A stretch of DNA of 64,000 bases from Azolla caroliniana (lineage: Eukaryota > Plantae > Polypodiophyta). Below are positions 1-12,704 of the stretch, piece by piece. A program made the position numbers and the translations under genes. The notes under the pieces were generated by a model that was not told the origin of the DNA, ran no database searches, and saw only the letters and a program-made list of their open reading frames with translations. Each line of letters opens with the position of its first letter. The stretch's first letter is position 1. The stretch spans positions 2,170,001 through 2,234,000 of the forward strand of contig JBHGNT010000006.1 of the NCBI GenBank assembly GCA_043228905.1, given 5' to 3'.

Positions 1-760
1 GTGTGAAGGAATTTTGGTCGATGTTTATCTCAATTTTAAAAGGTCAATATGACTCCTTCACGGGTAATGAAGATATGAATTTTCTAAAACAACAATCTTT
101 TAAAGGCAAATGGAAGGATTTGTTAGTTTTTCTGGAGAGAAATGACAAAATGGATTGGCAATATGTATCCTCGTGATGGTTATTTTCCTTGCTTTTTGCC
201 TTGTCCTTGTAGTACCAATGCCAATGTTACTTCGACGAGAAGACACGGGAAATTAAATGTATGACATGTACTTAACAATACGTCACATGACTAGCCCCTT
301 GTTGTCATTCAACATAATCAATGCTTCTTGGACTTGGGATGTCTCCTAAGTTTATGTCAATGTAGCCCCGATATCTTTGCTTGATAAGGAATTGTGTCAT
401 TTTATACTTCAACTTGAGAAGCTTGTTTTGTCAAGTTTATCAGGATGTAGATAGTTCCTTGTTTGCAGATTCATCTTGTCGATGGCGTTTTCTTCATCAT
501 TGCTACTTCATTCAATGTTCACAACATTGAGAATATGGTGTAAATCGAGTGCAACTCTTATGCGTACTACCTATGTAGCCACGTTACATATGGAAAGTTG
601 AAAAGTGTTTGATTGCATCAAGAAACACAAAAGCAATGGAGAACCTACCCCAAGAATAACCCTCATTTGATACCATGTAAAGAACTAGAGAATATAGTTC
701 AATGACGGATTAAGTGTATGTGCATAACGAATAAATTAAGATTATTTGTGCGTGTGTGCT

Positions 761-812
<52 letters not shown>

Positions 813-1030
813 AGGTCATGCATTCAACCCCATACATTCCACAGTGGTATCTAGTAAATTAAGAAATTATATATGAAGCAATAGAGAGATATGAAAATAG
901 GGTAACAAATCCAATACCTAAGATTAATTGTCTAACAAATTACCACTACGGTAAGCTAATGATAATAAAACAGAAAGAGAAAAGGAGAGATACCAAGAGA
1001 GTTCTAGTTGATCGAATGGATGACTAACAA
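1..1030 (-). mobile_element. Degenerate Ty1/Copia LTR retrotransposon 5' end (LTR, PBS, gag start)
   Basis: The minus strand reads ...TTTACA|TGGTATCA at 668-681, i.e. an LTR-terminal CA followed by a tRNA-iMet primer-binding site. Downstream on the minus strand (~440-355) a broken frame gives DKLDKTSFSS*KYKMTQFLI...GYID, matching the Copia gag N-terminal pattern. The outer LTR boundary is approximate. Confidence 0.6.
760..808. repeat. Compound (TG)n(GA)n microsatellite
   Basis: Directly visible; lies inside the putative LTR. Confidence 0.95.
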
Positions 1031-3434
1031 GTTAAAGTACTAGAAGTCACAATCTTGGCCATTTCATGTACACCCCCAAGTTGTACGATGTATAATGAAC
1101 TTGTTATATTACATTAGTTGTCATTCCTACCTTGGACAAAGAAGGCTTTGCATTATGTTTTACAACCTCTTCGATATTTGTTGTACAGAAAGAGGGATAA
1201 GATGGGAATGACATGGGTTCCATGGAACAACATATGATGGAGCAAGTTAAAATAATAAAATACCTCTCGTGTGAATAAGGAAGAGTTTTTCATTGAAATA
1301 GGTGGAGGGGGATGCTCTTATGTATGCATTCAGAAGAAGTCCGTTTCTTTTTATGTGATGGATGGTGTCATGAAGCATTGTTGATTTGTAGGCAACATGT
1401 GGAAGGTTATCAGATGCATATAAACTGTTTGAAGGGTTGAGATCCCTTAAAGTGGGTCTTGATCACATGGTTGTACATGACGACATGTTTATAAGTTCTG
1501 GAATCATGGATTAAGACATACAAAATGACCTTTATACCATAATGCTTTGATTGAGTTTTACATTGAATATGGAAAATAGAGGATGCTTGGTCATAATTTG
1601 TAAATGTGGGGGTAGATTGGATGCATGTGATGACCCAAAGGTGGCACTGGGAGATGTTGAATATAAACATGACGAGGAAGATTGATTTGGTTTGAACATA
1701 TGGCAAATTCATGGTATGTTTCAACTATTGAAGAAGTGTTCAATCAAGTCTATCAAAAGAAGGATTCATGGTTAGCTAGTGTCTTACACAAGACGGGTTG
1801 GGGAAGGATAATCATCTCCTTTCCATCATTTTGTATTTTGTAACTGATATGGGTTTTTTAAACTAATGGAAGGATATGTTTTTTAAAAATAAAATAAAAT
1901 AAGGAAGAGTTTTAATTTTAATAGCTAGCTTTTCATTGATAGTTTATTATCCTATTATTGTAATTGCTTAGGATTATCGATAAATGCCCTATTATTGAGT
2001 AAACATAAACACATGAACACTTATTGGGAATGTTTGTGTAAAGGGGCTAACTTGATCAACCCATCTTACTAATCAAGTTCATCCACACTATTAACGAGGG
2101 TTTATGATCCTACCCCATGTGACAATATAGAGGCATTGATTTCACAATTTTACAAAATTTTAAGTTACAATTTAATAATGCATTCACTTGTGGATAATTA
2201 TGATAACAAACAACAATATTTATAGAAATGCCATAAAAAGGACATTACCACATTCATGAGTGGTCCATGATGTAAACCACATATCTCACAACTACTACAT
2301 CATTGCATTGGTATAGAAAAGAGATCCCAATGCCATGTAACATATTACAACAATAAAGATACATATTTGTGAGGACCACAAGAAGAATTCTGTCCATCTT
2401 CTGTAATTATTCAGCAATAATTGATATTATGAATTAGGTGTGCAACATCAACTCGATGACAACAATTCCCATCATTTTGAGACCTTGTACAAGGAAGAAA
2501 TTGCAACAAATATAACGATGCAAAGTCTCCACAATTTTGATGTATATGTCTTATTTATTCCATCTAAATCTAAGAGGAATATAAAATTCTGCAAGATTAT
2601 TGCTACAAGCAAGATGATGAAAGGTTTTGAGACATTTTATTGCTTCATATTTAGACACTTTTAATAGATTGCCAAGTTGCAAATTATGTAGGTAACACAA
2701 ACGTCTATAGTGGAAGACAAAATCCTAATAATATAATGAAATGCTTTATTACACACATACGTGGTACCAAACACAAGACCATGCATTTTAGGAGACACAA
2801 TAGAGTAAGTTATAAACAAGCTACTAATATAGAGCATGCATCTAGAAGCACTAGTTTGCAAACACAAATGAACTGCATATATGTTGTATTTCTATAACAA
2901 ATAACTATGGACATCAATCATGGCCATGTAGAAAGAGAGAGAGAGAGAGAGAGACCTATACAGTGGGTGTTTGCACAATTTACACAGGTGGACCCAAAGT
3001 TAGAGATAGAGATTGCTTTTCTATTTTTGAGATATTGGGGATTGCGTCATAATTAAAATATGTGCAATGCTTTTGTATTTGATGGTAGACATGGAGTGAA
3101 AGCATATCTACGAAAGTTGAAGGGAGTACTAATGTGACAAATTTCTTTATTGGAGCAAGTGGAAATCCTTTCCTCGGTTGAATGTTCGTCTTGCCTATTG
3201 GCAATTCAACATGTTCCACTACCCATGTAGTGTAGTGTAGTGTAGTTAGTGGGTGACCATACTTCATGGTCACACCCATTGTAAGTAGTGTTTTTTACAC
3301 ACATTTATTAATATAATTGTGTGTATTGAATGTCATAAGTTGGAGGGATTTTGACCTTAAAGTGCACGCCTTTTTTTTCCATAAAAAATATCCTCCATTG
3401 GTATTAAAATTAAAGGAAACAATATACATATATT

Positions 3435-5345
3435 GTCTTGCATCTGTTCAAAACTAATACAACACCTCCTCGGCATATCCATAGTCTCTATAGCCTCTTT
3501 TGAGTGCATTCCATGAGATGATATTTGAAACCATAATTGTGCTAAATGTTTTCTGCACAGTTTCTACGTTTCAAGCATATCTCGAAATTAAACTAGACCA
3601 CTCAAAAAGACTTCTTTCTTATCTTATGGCAAAGACTTGTTAAGCTTCAAGCATACTTCTCAATAAGGGCACTTGTTTCTATGACCTCTATGTTTTGCGA
3701 GGACATTTGAAAATGGAAGTTGTTCCCTTTTTGTATATCTACCATGTTGCCACATGCTTTCAACATACCAGAAAATGTCATCATATTAAACCCCTCCATT
3801 TGCAGGTGCTCAACAAAATTAAGAGTTTCTTCACAAAACCCAATCCAATGATTCTTGATATTGCATAAACTGAACATAATTCAATGATTCTTTATCTTGA
3901 CCGTTCTCTACATATCCTCTTGTGCTTTTGCAAGGAAACAAAAAATATATGACAGTATCTGGGGCAATGCCATCATTCTGAATCTGTTTAAAATGGTCCA
4001 ACTTTGTGGCCTTGACCCTATTTAGCATACTCACCAATAAGTGCATTCAAAGAGACTATATCTCGAATAGGAAGCTCTTGAAGCACTTTTTGAGATTTTA
4101 CAAACTCTCCACATTTGGCATACATATTCAATAAAGTATTTCTAAGCATAAAATCATTTTTCAGCAACCTTGACCTGAGAATCATATTATGCATTTGTTT
4201 ACCCTTGTATAGAGCTCCTATGTTTCCACAAGCCTTTAAACCAATAAGTGAATTCCAAGAGACTATATCTCGAATAGGAAGCTCTTAAAGCACTTTTTGA
4301 GATTTACAAACTCTCCACATTTGGCATTCATATTCACTAAGGTATTTCCAAGCATAAAATCATTTTTCAACAACCTTGAGTTGAGAATCATATTATGCAT
4401 TTGTTTACCCTTGTATAGAGCTTCTATGTTTACACAAGCCTTCAAAATGCAAATGAATGAGATCACATCAAGAAAAAAGCCCTCACGTGGCATACATTCA
4501 AAACACTTTAGTGCTTCAAGATCTTGCCCTTGTTGGGTATGTGCTGAAATTAATGTTGACCAAGAGACAACATCTTGGACAAGATGCCCTTTGAGCACTT
4601 CGTGAGCCTTCCATTCTCCAAATTAGCAAGATGCATAGTCCAACCTCTAGAAAAAAGCCAGCAAAGGAGTTCGCAGAAAAAATCTCACATTTCACATACA
4701 TATCTACACGCACAGTGCCAAGCGCAATATTCTTCTCTAACAAGTCCCTCCTTGTCTCAATCTCATCATGAAGCTTGATGCCTTCATTTATTGCTCTAGT
4801 GTTGCCACATGCTTTCAGGATGGAAATGAATGTTATTGCATTAGGAGAAATTCCCTCAGCTCGCATCTGTTTTAAACAACTCAGTGCTTCGTGATCTTTC
4901 CCATTGTGTGTATAGCCTGCGATTAGTGCTTACCATGACACTTCATTTCGAATAGGAAGCACATCAAGAACATATTGTGCTTCGGTAAAGAGACCACTTC
5001 TAGCACACATATCTACTAAAGTTGTGCCAAGAATGATATTCATATTAATCAAGCCTCTACTCACAGTCTCATTATAAATCTCATTTCCCTCGTCAATAGC
5101 TCCTATGGCACCACAAGCTTTCATGATGCAAATGAAGGTGATTGCATCGACAAGATAACCATCATATCTCATCCTTTCAAAGCATTTCAATGCTTCATAG
5201 CCTCGACATTGTTTGGCATATCCAACAATTAGTGAAGACCAAGAGACTTCATTTCGAATAGGAAGCTCTTCAAGCACTTGTTTTGATTTTGCAAGCATAC
5301 CACATTTAGCATACATATCAACCAAGGTTGAGCCGATTTGAAGAG
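3435..5345 (-). pseudogene. PLS-class pentatricopeptide repeat pseudogene
   Basis: Successive broken ORFs (4930-5493, 4516-4866, 4263-4598, 3831-4046, 3647-3877) carry PLS motifs (LVDMYAKCG, VSWSSLIVGY, ITFICIMKACG) separated by stops and frameshifts. There is a 207-bp internal duplication, and the 5' end runs into unrelated sequence near 5345. Confidence 0.85.
4034..4446. repeat. ~207-bp tandem duplication inside the PPR pseudogene
   Basis: ccaataagtg...gagactatatctcgaataggaagctctt starts at both 4034 and 4241, with high identity across the unit. Confidence 0.85.
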
Positions 5346-5789
5346 CATCCAACACTAATGTTGAAGAGCATCCTTCTTGTGGGCACATCAATTGTCTATG
5401 AGAAGACCAATTTACTCCTCGTGATACACATCCCATCAACTTTGTTCTGGGCAACAATTTCCAGGTATGCAGAACCCAAGATGCATGAATCAAAATAATG
5501 AATCTAGACTATTTCCTCCCCTCTCATGATGTGCTTCAACCCCCACACTATCATCACTCATCCTCTTATCATGTTACTATGCTTCAATCCCTACCGTGTC
5601 ATCACTCATCATAATGAGAAACCTAAAATCTTCTTCATTTAGTCCACATCAACATTTGGATCTCGCCAACCATCTCGCCATCTTGCCGATGCCCACCAAC
5701 ATCCTGTATTGACAGCAAAAAATGAGTCTAAAAATTTCCTCACCTACTTATATTAGTCACGTCTTAATTAGAATATAGCCTTAATTAAA

Positions 5790-6641
5790 ACATAGTTTAT
5801 TGGAAATGGTTGTGGGCCACGCAAATTCCTAAACATGTTGTATTGTTTAGATGGTTGATGGTACATTTTGGGATTCCTGTGAACTCATGGTTGCGGGGCA
5901 TCACCATGATTTAAAATGTGATAGACGTGGTTTTCACATTGAATTGATTCATCATGTCTTATGGATATGTCCTATTGCTAGAGTAGTGTTTGAAAAGAGT
6001 GTTGAGAAATTTGTATCCTGTTTACGGTAAAAACAGATGTAGATGTGGGGTTTTGTGAGATGGGGAAGGCTTGCTAAAGAAATACAAAATTATGAAAAGG
6101 GGTGTATTGATTTTCATCTCCTCTGTGATGGAAGGTATGTATTGGATGTATCTTATGCTACAACAATCCGTTGTTTGGTAGAGGACAAGTTTTGGTCTAT
6201 GATATATTCTTTCGTAATTTGGGTATTGTGGAAGGTAAGATGTAAATGTGTATTTCGAAAAGTCAAACAGAATACAATTGAGTTAGTCAAGGAGATATGG
6301 TTGATGTTTTGCATACTTTAATTGGTCAATATGAGGCAATAACTGGTGAGTTGGATGTTGTGTTTTGTAAGCAACAACATTTTAGAGAAATGTGGACAAA
6401 GAAAGAGGTCTTCACCTCATTTGGGGAGAGAATAAAGTGGAGATATGTTCCACCAAGGTGGCTTTTTCCACTACCAAGATGTGTAAATGCAGTTTCTAAG
6501 GTAGTTGCATGAGGGCTTTTGTTATTCGACATGTTGGTTGATGTGGGTATGATGGTTGTGTTTTCATGTATGAGTTATTTGTAGCTTTTGGGCATCTTTC
6601 CATTAACACCAAGGTGAATCTTCAAAAATAAAAACAAAAAA
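5790..6641 (+). mobile_element. 5'-truncated LINE (L1-like) 3' fragment with zf-RVT region
   Basis: From 5911 the frame reads LKCDRRGFHIELIHHVLWICPIARVVF (zf-RVT C..C..E..H..W.C pattern). ORF 6043-6321 has IWVLWKVRCKCVF, the plant LINE W..WK.R...F motif. Frameshifted, with an A-rich tail at ~6624-6641. Confidence 0.75.
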
Positions 6642-7763
6642 CATATAAGCCTTACCCATGAGGAAATACCCAAATTTGATAAAAAGAACTAGAGAAACTG
6701 TAACATAGGATAAATATGCCATGTGAGGTCGATTGACAATGAGTGAAACCTCTCGTTTTGAAGGTGTCCATGGTGAGGTTGAAGAAATATTGAGAATCGA
6801 GGGAGCATGCTTTCATGAAGGCTTGGTATTTATGGGTATAATGGATTAATACGAGTTAGAAGGCATGTATGCATTCTAAATTCCGAAAGCATGCTTCATG
6901 GCAAAGTTGAGGTTCCTAACTATGTCACGAAGATTAAGATGAAGCACATAACTATACCTTAGCGAGAGTTTTTTTCTTTTGAGAAAGATTCATCTTAGTA
7001 TATTACTTGAAAACTGTACATGGAGAAAATAGAAGGAGACATTTCATCTCACTTCTATTGTGATACAAATGGTAGTATAAACATCTGATCAAGTAGATGC
7101 TGTCATACATGAAACAAGTAGAACAATAAATATAAGCTATACAACATAAAAGAAGGCATGACATAATTCCACTTCATACTAGAAATTGTATTCGAAAATA
7201 AGTGAAGTCTTGCTTTGGTTCTTGAAGGCCACTTGCCTTTGCCATAGAACATCATATTGACCAAGGAATGTGTGGACAAATAACATGTGAGTGAGAGGTT
7301 ACTAAGATTACTTTACAATTACTAGGAAATGAGTCTGAGGCAAAATTCTCAAAGGCCAATTTCTCACTAAACAGGGGTTTCCCATTTCGGGGTCTTGTTT
7401 GGATGATGAGGGGATTTCAAAATTTCTCTAATTTCGTGCCTAATGAGAGAGTGCGCATGTACGGGGCGAGAGAGGTTAAGAAGGTTGAATGTGCTAATTA
7501 TGCTTCTAATGATTCCAATTTCCAACTAATTCAAATAAATAAATGAGTAAAATAGATAATAATTATAGAGTTGCAACGTTTTGGAGCCGTCCTTGGTGCT
7601 GCAGACACGGCAAAGAAGAGAAAGAAAGAAAGAAAGAACAGGGGAGGACTCGGAGAGACAACGTCAGACCAAAAAGAACAGGGGAGGAGAGAGAAAGACA
7701 GACAAATAAGAACAGGGGAGGAGAGAGAAAGACGGAAGTCGGAGAGAGAGAGAGAGAGAGACC

Positions 7764-10691
7764 ATGCCATCGAAGAAGAAGAATAACAGAAGCAACAACT
7801 GTACAGACATATCATCACGAGACGATCACAACAAGGAAGACGAGCAGGATGAGGAGGATCGAGAAGAAATCGCATCGGTGTTCGAATCTCGACCTAACCA
7901 CGATCTCATCTCCCCAGGAGCCCTCACATCCCTCTACAAAGATGACATCCACTCCTCACCCAAAGAGATTGAAGATAATGCTTACAACACATTGCTCCCT
8001 TTTGTAAAGAAGATCGTGGCTATATATCGGGAACATCCCGACCTCGCCTCACGTAGCGATTTCAAAGTCGCATGTGCAATTTGCCCCGAGCAGATGCTCT
8101 TCCGCGGATGGTCAGCTCTCCATATCCATGCTAAGAACTTCTGGAAGTGCTTCCCACATCAACATAAGGGTTATTGTAGGGCCTTGTCTGAAGTCCTGCG
8201 ATCTGAAAGGATATTGGGTGTCCCGCCCTTTGGTTCCCACGCTTGGCCGCCCATCCTTCTCGTTGAAAATAGTAGCAATAGTTGTATTAGTGATCAACAT
8301 AACCAGAACCACAACAATCATAACAATCGCAGAAAATGTGACAATAATGATAACATTGCCAAGAAAGGATGTGTCTCGTATTCATTTGATGGTGCCCTTC
8401 GCCGATGGAAGGGCCTCCAAGGTGTGGACATACCCAAAATGCAAGATATGGAACTCGAGGAAGTCCTCGCTGTCTTTAAGACCACGAAACGAAACGATGA
8501 AGATGACCGAAATGTCATTGTTTTTCCTGCATCGGAGATCGGTTTGATCAATGCCGAGAGCCTTACAGAGGTCCTTGAGAAATTCCCTGGGGCTGATGGC
8601 TCGTTGAAGTTGAATATCCGTAAGGCTAAGAATCCAGATGAGCCTTATAGTGTCAACAATTCTCTTGCAATTGATGAGGAGGATTATGTTGTCAATGTGA
8701 GGAGTCGGAATGATGATGAGCTGGAAACCTCCCAATCAGCTTTTGATTATGAGAGCCATCATCCATTAGGAACGTGGGCAACATTGAAAGAGATCAAAGA
8801 AAATGGACGTGTGCGTTCGATCATAGGAAAGTGGACAAAGGGCTCATCATCAGGCAAAGGATTTACATACAAATGGCCTTTCCGAAGATCACAAAAGGTT
8901 TGCATATTCTTTTTGGATGCTTTGTTTTTTTCAAGAAGCCACACATATAAACACACAGACACACAGACTTTCTGTATCTTTATGTATAATAACAATTGGC
9001 TTCGTTTTTGTGCAGGTAAGGCCACATCATGATGTGTTAACAATCAAGTTCTACTCTGTTAGTGTGAACCACATTACTATGTTTCGTTGCTTCTACCACT
9101 GGTCGCCTATTATTATGACTATTATTATTATATTTGTACATATAGAATTGGGCAATTGATCAAAGCCAATGAATGAGCAATTCTAATTTGCTTTCGCATC
9201 CCTGGCAGCTCAAGGAGATGGAGGTTAGGTTCCAAAAGAACCTGAATAAGTATAGGGGGCTCGGTGCTTCTGGAAATGAAAAACTCAAGACTCAGCTTAA
9301 TGAGATTGAAAATCAGCTTAAGAAGGAAAGATTGTTGTGGCTTAAAGATATAACAGGAGTGCGAGAGCAATTCTCGGGACTCGAAAAAGACATAAGAAAT
9401 GAGGAGTAGGTCTATGAAGTCAGCTGAAGAAGTCTCATTGCTATCTCTACATAAGAAATTATTTTTTATTAACAAAACCGGGAATCTTATATGAGCAGAG
9501 GCCGTAGAGCTCTAGCAAAGCAGGTATCGGAAGCAAGGCATGGAAGAGAGGATGATGCAGAAGTCGAAGAAATTGAAGACTTTTCTGGTAATGTGTATGA
9601 GTCACAAATGAAACGCACGAACTTCAAGAAGCAGCAAAAGGTATACTCGTGAAGATGTATCATTGGTAGATCTGGTTCATGTGTATATATAATATAAACA
9701 GCCATCTAAGGTTTAGTACATGCTATACCAGAAGAAAGAGAATGAAAGAAAAAGGGAAGGGCAGCTCAGAGGATTATTCTACGAAAAAAATCGTCTCAGG
9801 AGGCAAGTGGAAAGTGCAAAAGATGAAAGAGATTGCATTAGTAAGACCATTGAGCATGAAGAAATGCTAGATGCTATAAGTCAAATACTAGAAAGCTGCA
9901 ATTGTCGAAAAGGTGCTTCTCTTTGGCATTTGATAAAAGCATGATGCAACAACCTCTTTATGCACATGGAATTTATTATAATCAACAACATCAATCATGA
10001 AGAAAGTTATGTTTCTAATCCATGGGACAATGATACACCGTATAACATAGTCCATATCCATCAATGCATGCCACTGAGGTTATAAAGTGGCTTATAGTTG
10101 GAGGGAAGCTAATACAGACTCTTGATAGTGTCAAATCTAATGGCACTTTTGTTTCTGAACAATGGGATTTGTATGTGCATTGTGTGGAACATAGTATTCA
10201 TCTCATTAAATGTTTATCCATGATTATTAGGTTTCTTATCATGAAGTTTAGGCAAGGTTCAAACTTGTTCAGTGCCTGATACGGTCAGCAAATTTCTTAT
10301 TGAAAATCTCATTAGACCTCATCATACATGAAGTCATTAGAACTTCTTATGGGAAAGGTCGAGAAAAGGTTTTAGTTGAGTGGATTAGTTTGCATTTTGA
10401 CATGCAAATATGTTGATATTTCGGTATGTTGATGTAATTGGCTTTGAACACCCCCATTCCTGATTGCTATGCCCCTATTGATGAATGATTAGTTCTGCAT
10501 GGCCCAATGAAATTTTTCAGAAAAGCAGATTGAGTTATGCATCATGGACCTGATTTATGCCAAGTTGGGTTGCCAAATGATGACCATAACTCTTTCGTTC
10601 TTTGTAATTTGTCACCATTTTTCAGCTAGTTTTGTGTGGGTACTTTTTCATTTATCATTCATGAATCTTCTTGTGAATTGCACCAGGATAA
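7764..10691 (+). CDS. Divergent SGS3-like protein (zf-XS + XS domain + coiled coil)
   Basis: CAIC...LHIHAK...QH..Y..AL..VL resembles zf-XS. AWPPILLVEN and VIVFPASEIGLINAESL align with the SGS3 XS motifs VWPPMVIIMN and VLMFESSATGYLEAERL. Exons 7764-8897, (optional 9016-9057), 9209-9405, 9499-9640 and 9732-9912 join in frame through GT-AG introns into a charged coiled coil. The end is either a tiny exon 10687-10691 or read-through to the stop at 9944. Confidence 0.7.
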
Positions 10692-11689
10692 AGGGATAAT
10701 TAATTATTCTTTGAGATCAAAAGTTGTTTTAGTAGTGGTGAAACGGAGAATAAAATAAAAATGCACCAACACCAACGCTAATGCCAGCACCAACAACGCC
10801 AGCACCAGCACCAAGAGCAATGGCAGCACCAATCCAAATGCTAATGCTACATGTGGACGCAAATGCAGTAGTTTTTGACAGTCAACTTGTTGCCAATGAA
10901 GCTTTAATACCCAAACAAGATTGAGTTTTTTGTATCCAACTAACATTTTTGTATCATGACTATGTTTCCTACGTTGTAGGTACTAAGCTTGTAGTTTTGT
11001 AACCTAGTATATCTAAGAGACATGTAAATTTACAAATATTCAAAAAGACTGGATACTATGAAGCTTAATTTGGCAATGGTACAAAGCCTCACACTAGTTG
11101 TATAAAAATTCATCAACTTGGAAGTTACAAATACAAATTGTTGGGAATAGGTGGATTACCATGGCATACAATAATCATTTCACCTCATGAATTGCATGCC
11201 ATTGAAATGTATGCGTAGACATGCTTGCGTTAGTCTTAAATGTATAATATCAATATATTCTGTGTTTAGCTTAATGATAGTTATAATTTGTTAAGTATTT
11301 GGGAATAAATTAGTTATGATTTATATTTAGTTTCTTAAGGAAGTCATGAATATTGACATAATGTAAGATATAAAATATATGAGTAGTTACTAGTTATGAC
11401 AAAGATGAATTGTCGTAGCCTAAATACTAGTATTGTAAAAAACCTCCAAGTTTTTTAATTTAAACCTCTATTATCAAGGGGTTTGGTCCTCTTCATAGAT
11501 AAAGTCTTTGATTGGAAAGACAACTAATATATGGATGATTTAGATGATAGGGTGGGAGGTGCTTGTCATCTAGAAAATATCCTCCAACTAAGAGACTTTT
11601 TATCCATATAATTCAATGCCTTTGCAATTTTCTTGAACAACCTTTATGAATGTGGCTAAAATTGAGCGTCTTGCTTGACAAAGAGTCAA

Positions 11690-12130
11690 GACTACAACTT
11701 GGAACACATATCTATGGTGGTAGCTATCATCATTAAAAGCACAATAAGGAACCATTGCTTAATGATTATGTTCAAACACATAAAAATAACAAAAAAAGCA
11801 AATTTGAGTAGGAACCTAACAAATTCATGAAGGATAATGCATAGAAAGAGACAAGAACTATTACTTAATATGGTTTGCAATGTCCTACATATGTGGAAAA
11901 CTGTATTTGAAGGCTAGCCTTAATTGTGTGTGATGGGGTGTCCAAGATCTGTAACCCTTGTATTGCCACATAGTTGTAAGCACTTGGAAACAACTTTATC
12001 TTGTATTATGCTTATGTTAGGACGTCTTCAGCCACTCAATGGGAGCATGAAGAAGCCTTTAACTCTCACATCGCGACATTTTTTAAAAACACCTACCTAC
12101 AATTTTCACATTTCTTTTGTTGAGGTTTAA
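11690..12130 (-). mobile_element. Possible highly decayed hAT transposase fragment
   Basis: Broken minus-strand frames give SAYNYVA...SWTPHH and EFVR...KFAFFVIF, loosely matching hAT DUF659 TDNAANY..WTPCAAH and ELVRP..TRFA motifs. No TIRs were identified. Confidence 0.3.
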
Positions 12131-12704
12131 AAAGGATTACTACAAACAAATACTAAAAAAATCAATGATTGAGAATGTTCTAGGGGAAAATAAAAAAAGG
12201 ATTGTTTCTATGATTTGAAAGTTGAAACTAAATCATGAGGATGTATTGGATACAATATGCAATATGCCAACCATTATTTCAACACATAACGTTGAGTTTC
12301 TAAATATTCAATGTACACTGTTGTAGGATCAAATTGATGAGGAGCATCTCTACCTGCCTTAGGACCCATTGTATTGTTGTGAATCAATTTAGAATTTAGA
12401 CCTCTCAAGAGTAGCATGTTTGCTAAATTACAATCAATATTTCTTCAATTCTACCGTAGTGTGGATTGGGTGCTCACAAATCACAAACAACAAATTTGAC
12501 GATTTTGTCTGCGAGGGACATGTCTGGGATTGTATCTGTCTCTATGGAGGGCTCTTACTTTAATGTTAAAATGGGGCCTGCATTCACATTGTGCATTATC
12601 CGTACGTGTACCACAAGCATTTTTCAATTGGCATTACATGTAAAGGAAGCAACATAGAGCACATCATTGTGTTTATATATGATCTTGTAGTGGCTTTGGT
12701 CATC

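Noticed and set aside
3435-5345. PPR stops rescued by U-to-C RNA editing
   Set aside because: Such editing is organellar, this locus is nuclear, and frameshifts cannot be repaired by base editing.
7531-8007. ORFs 7543-8007 (+), 7571-7786 (+) and 7531-7875 (-) as separate genes
   Set aside because: Low-complexity translations of a GA-rich leader overlapping the SGS3-like gene.
10761-10925. Pro/Ala/Thr-rich repeat as an extra exon or small peptide gene
   Set aside because: In-frame stops lie just upstream and there is no usable ATG or clear acceptor. Likely a degenerate (CCAGCA)n repeat in the 3' region.
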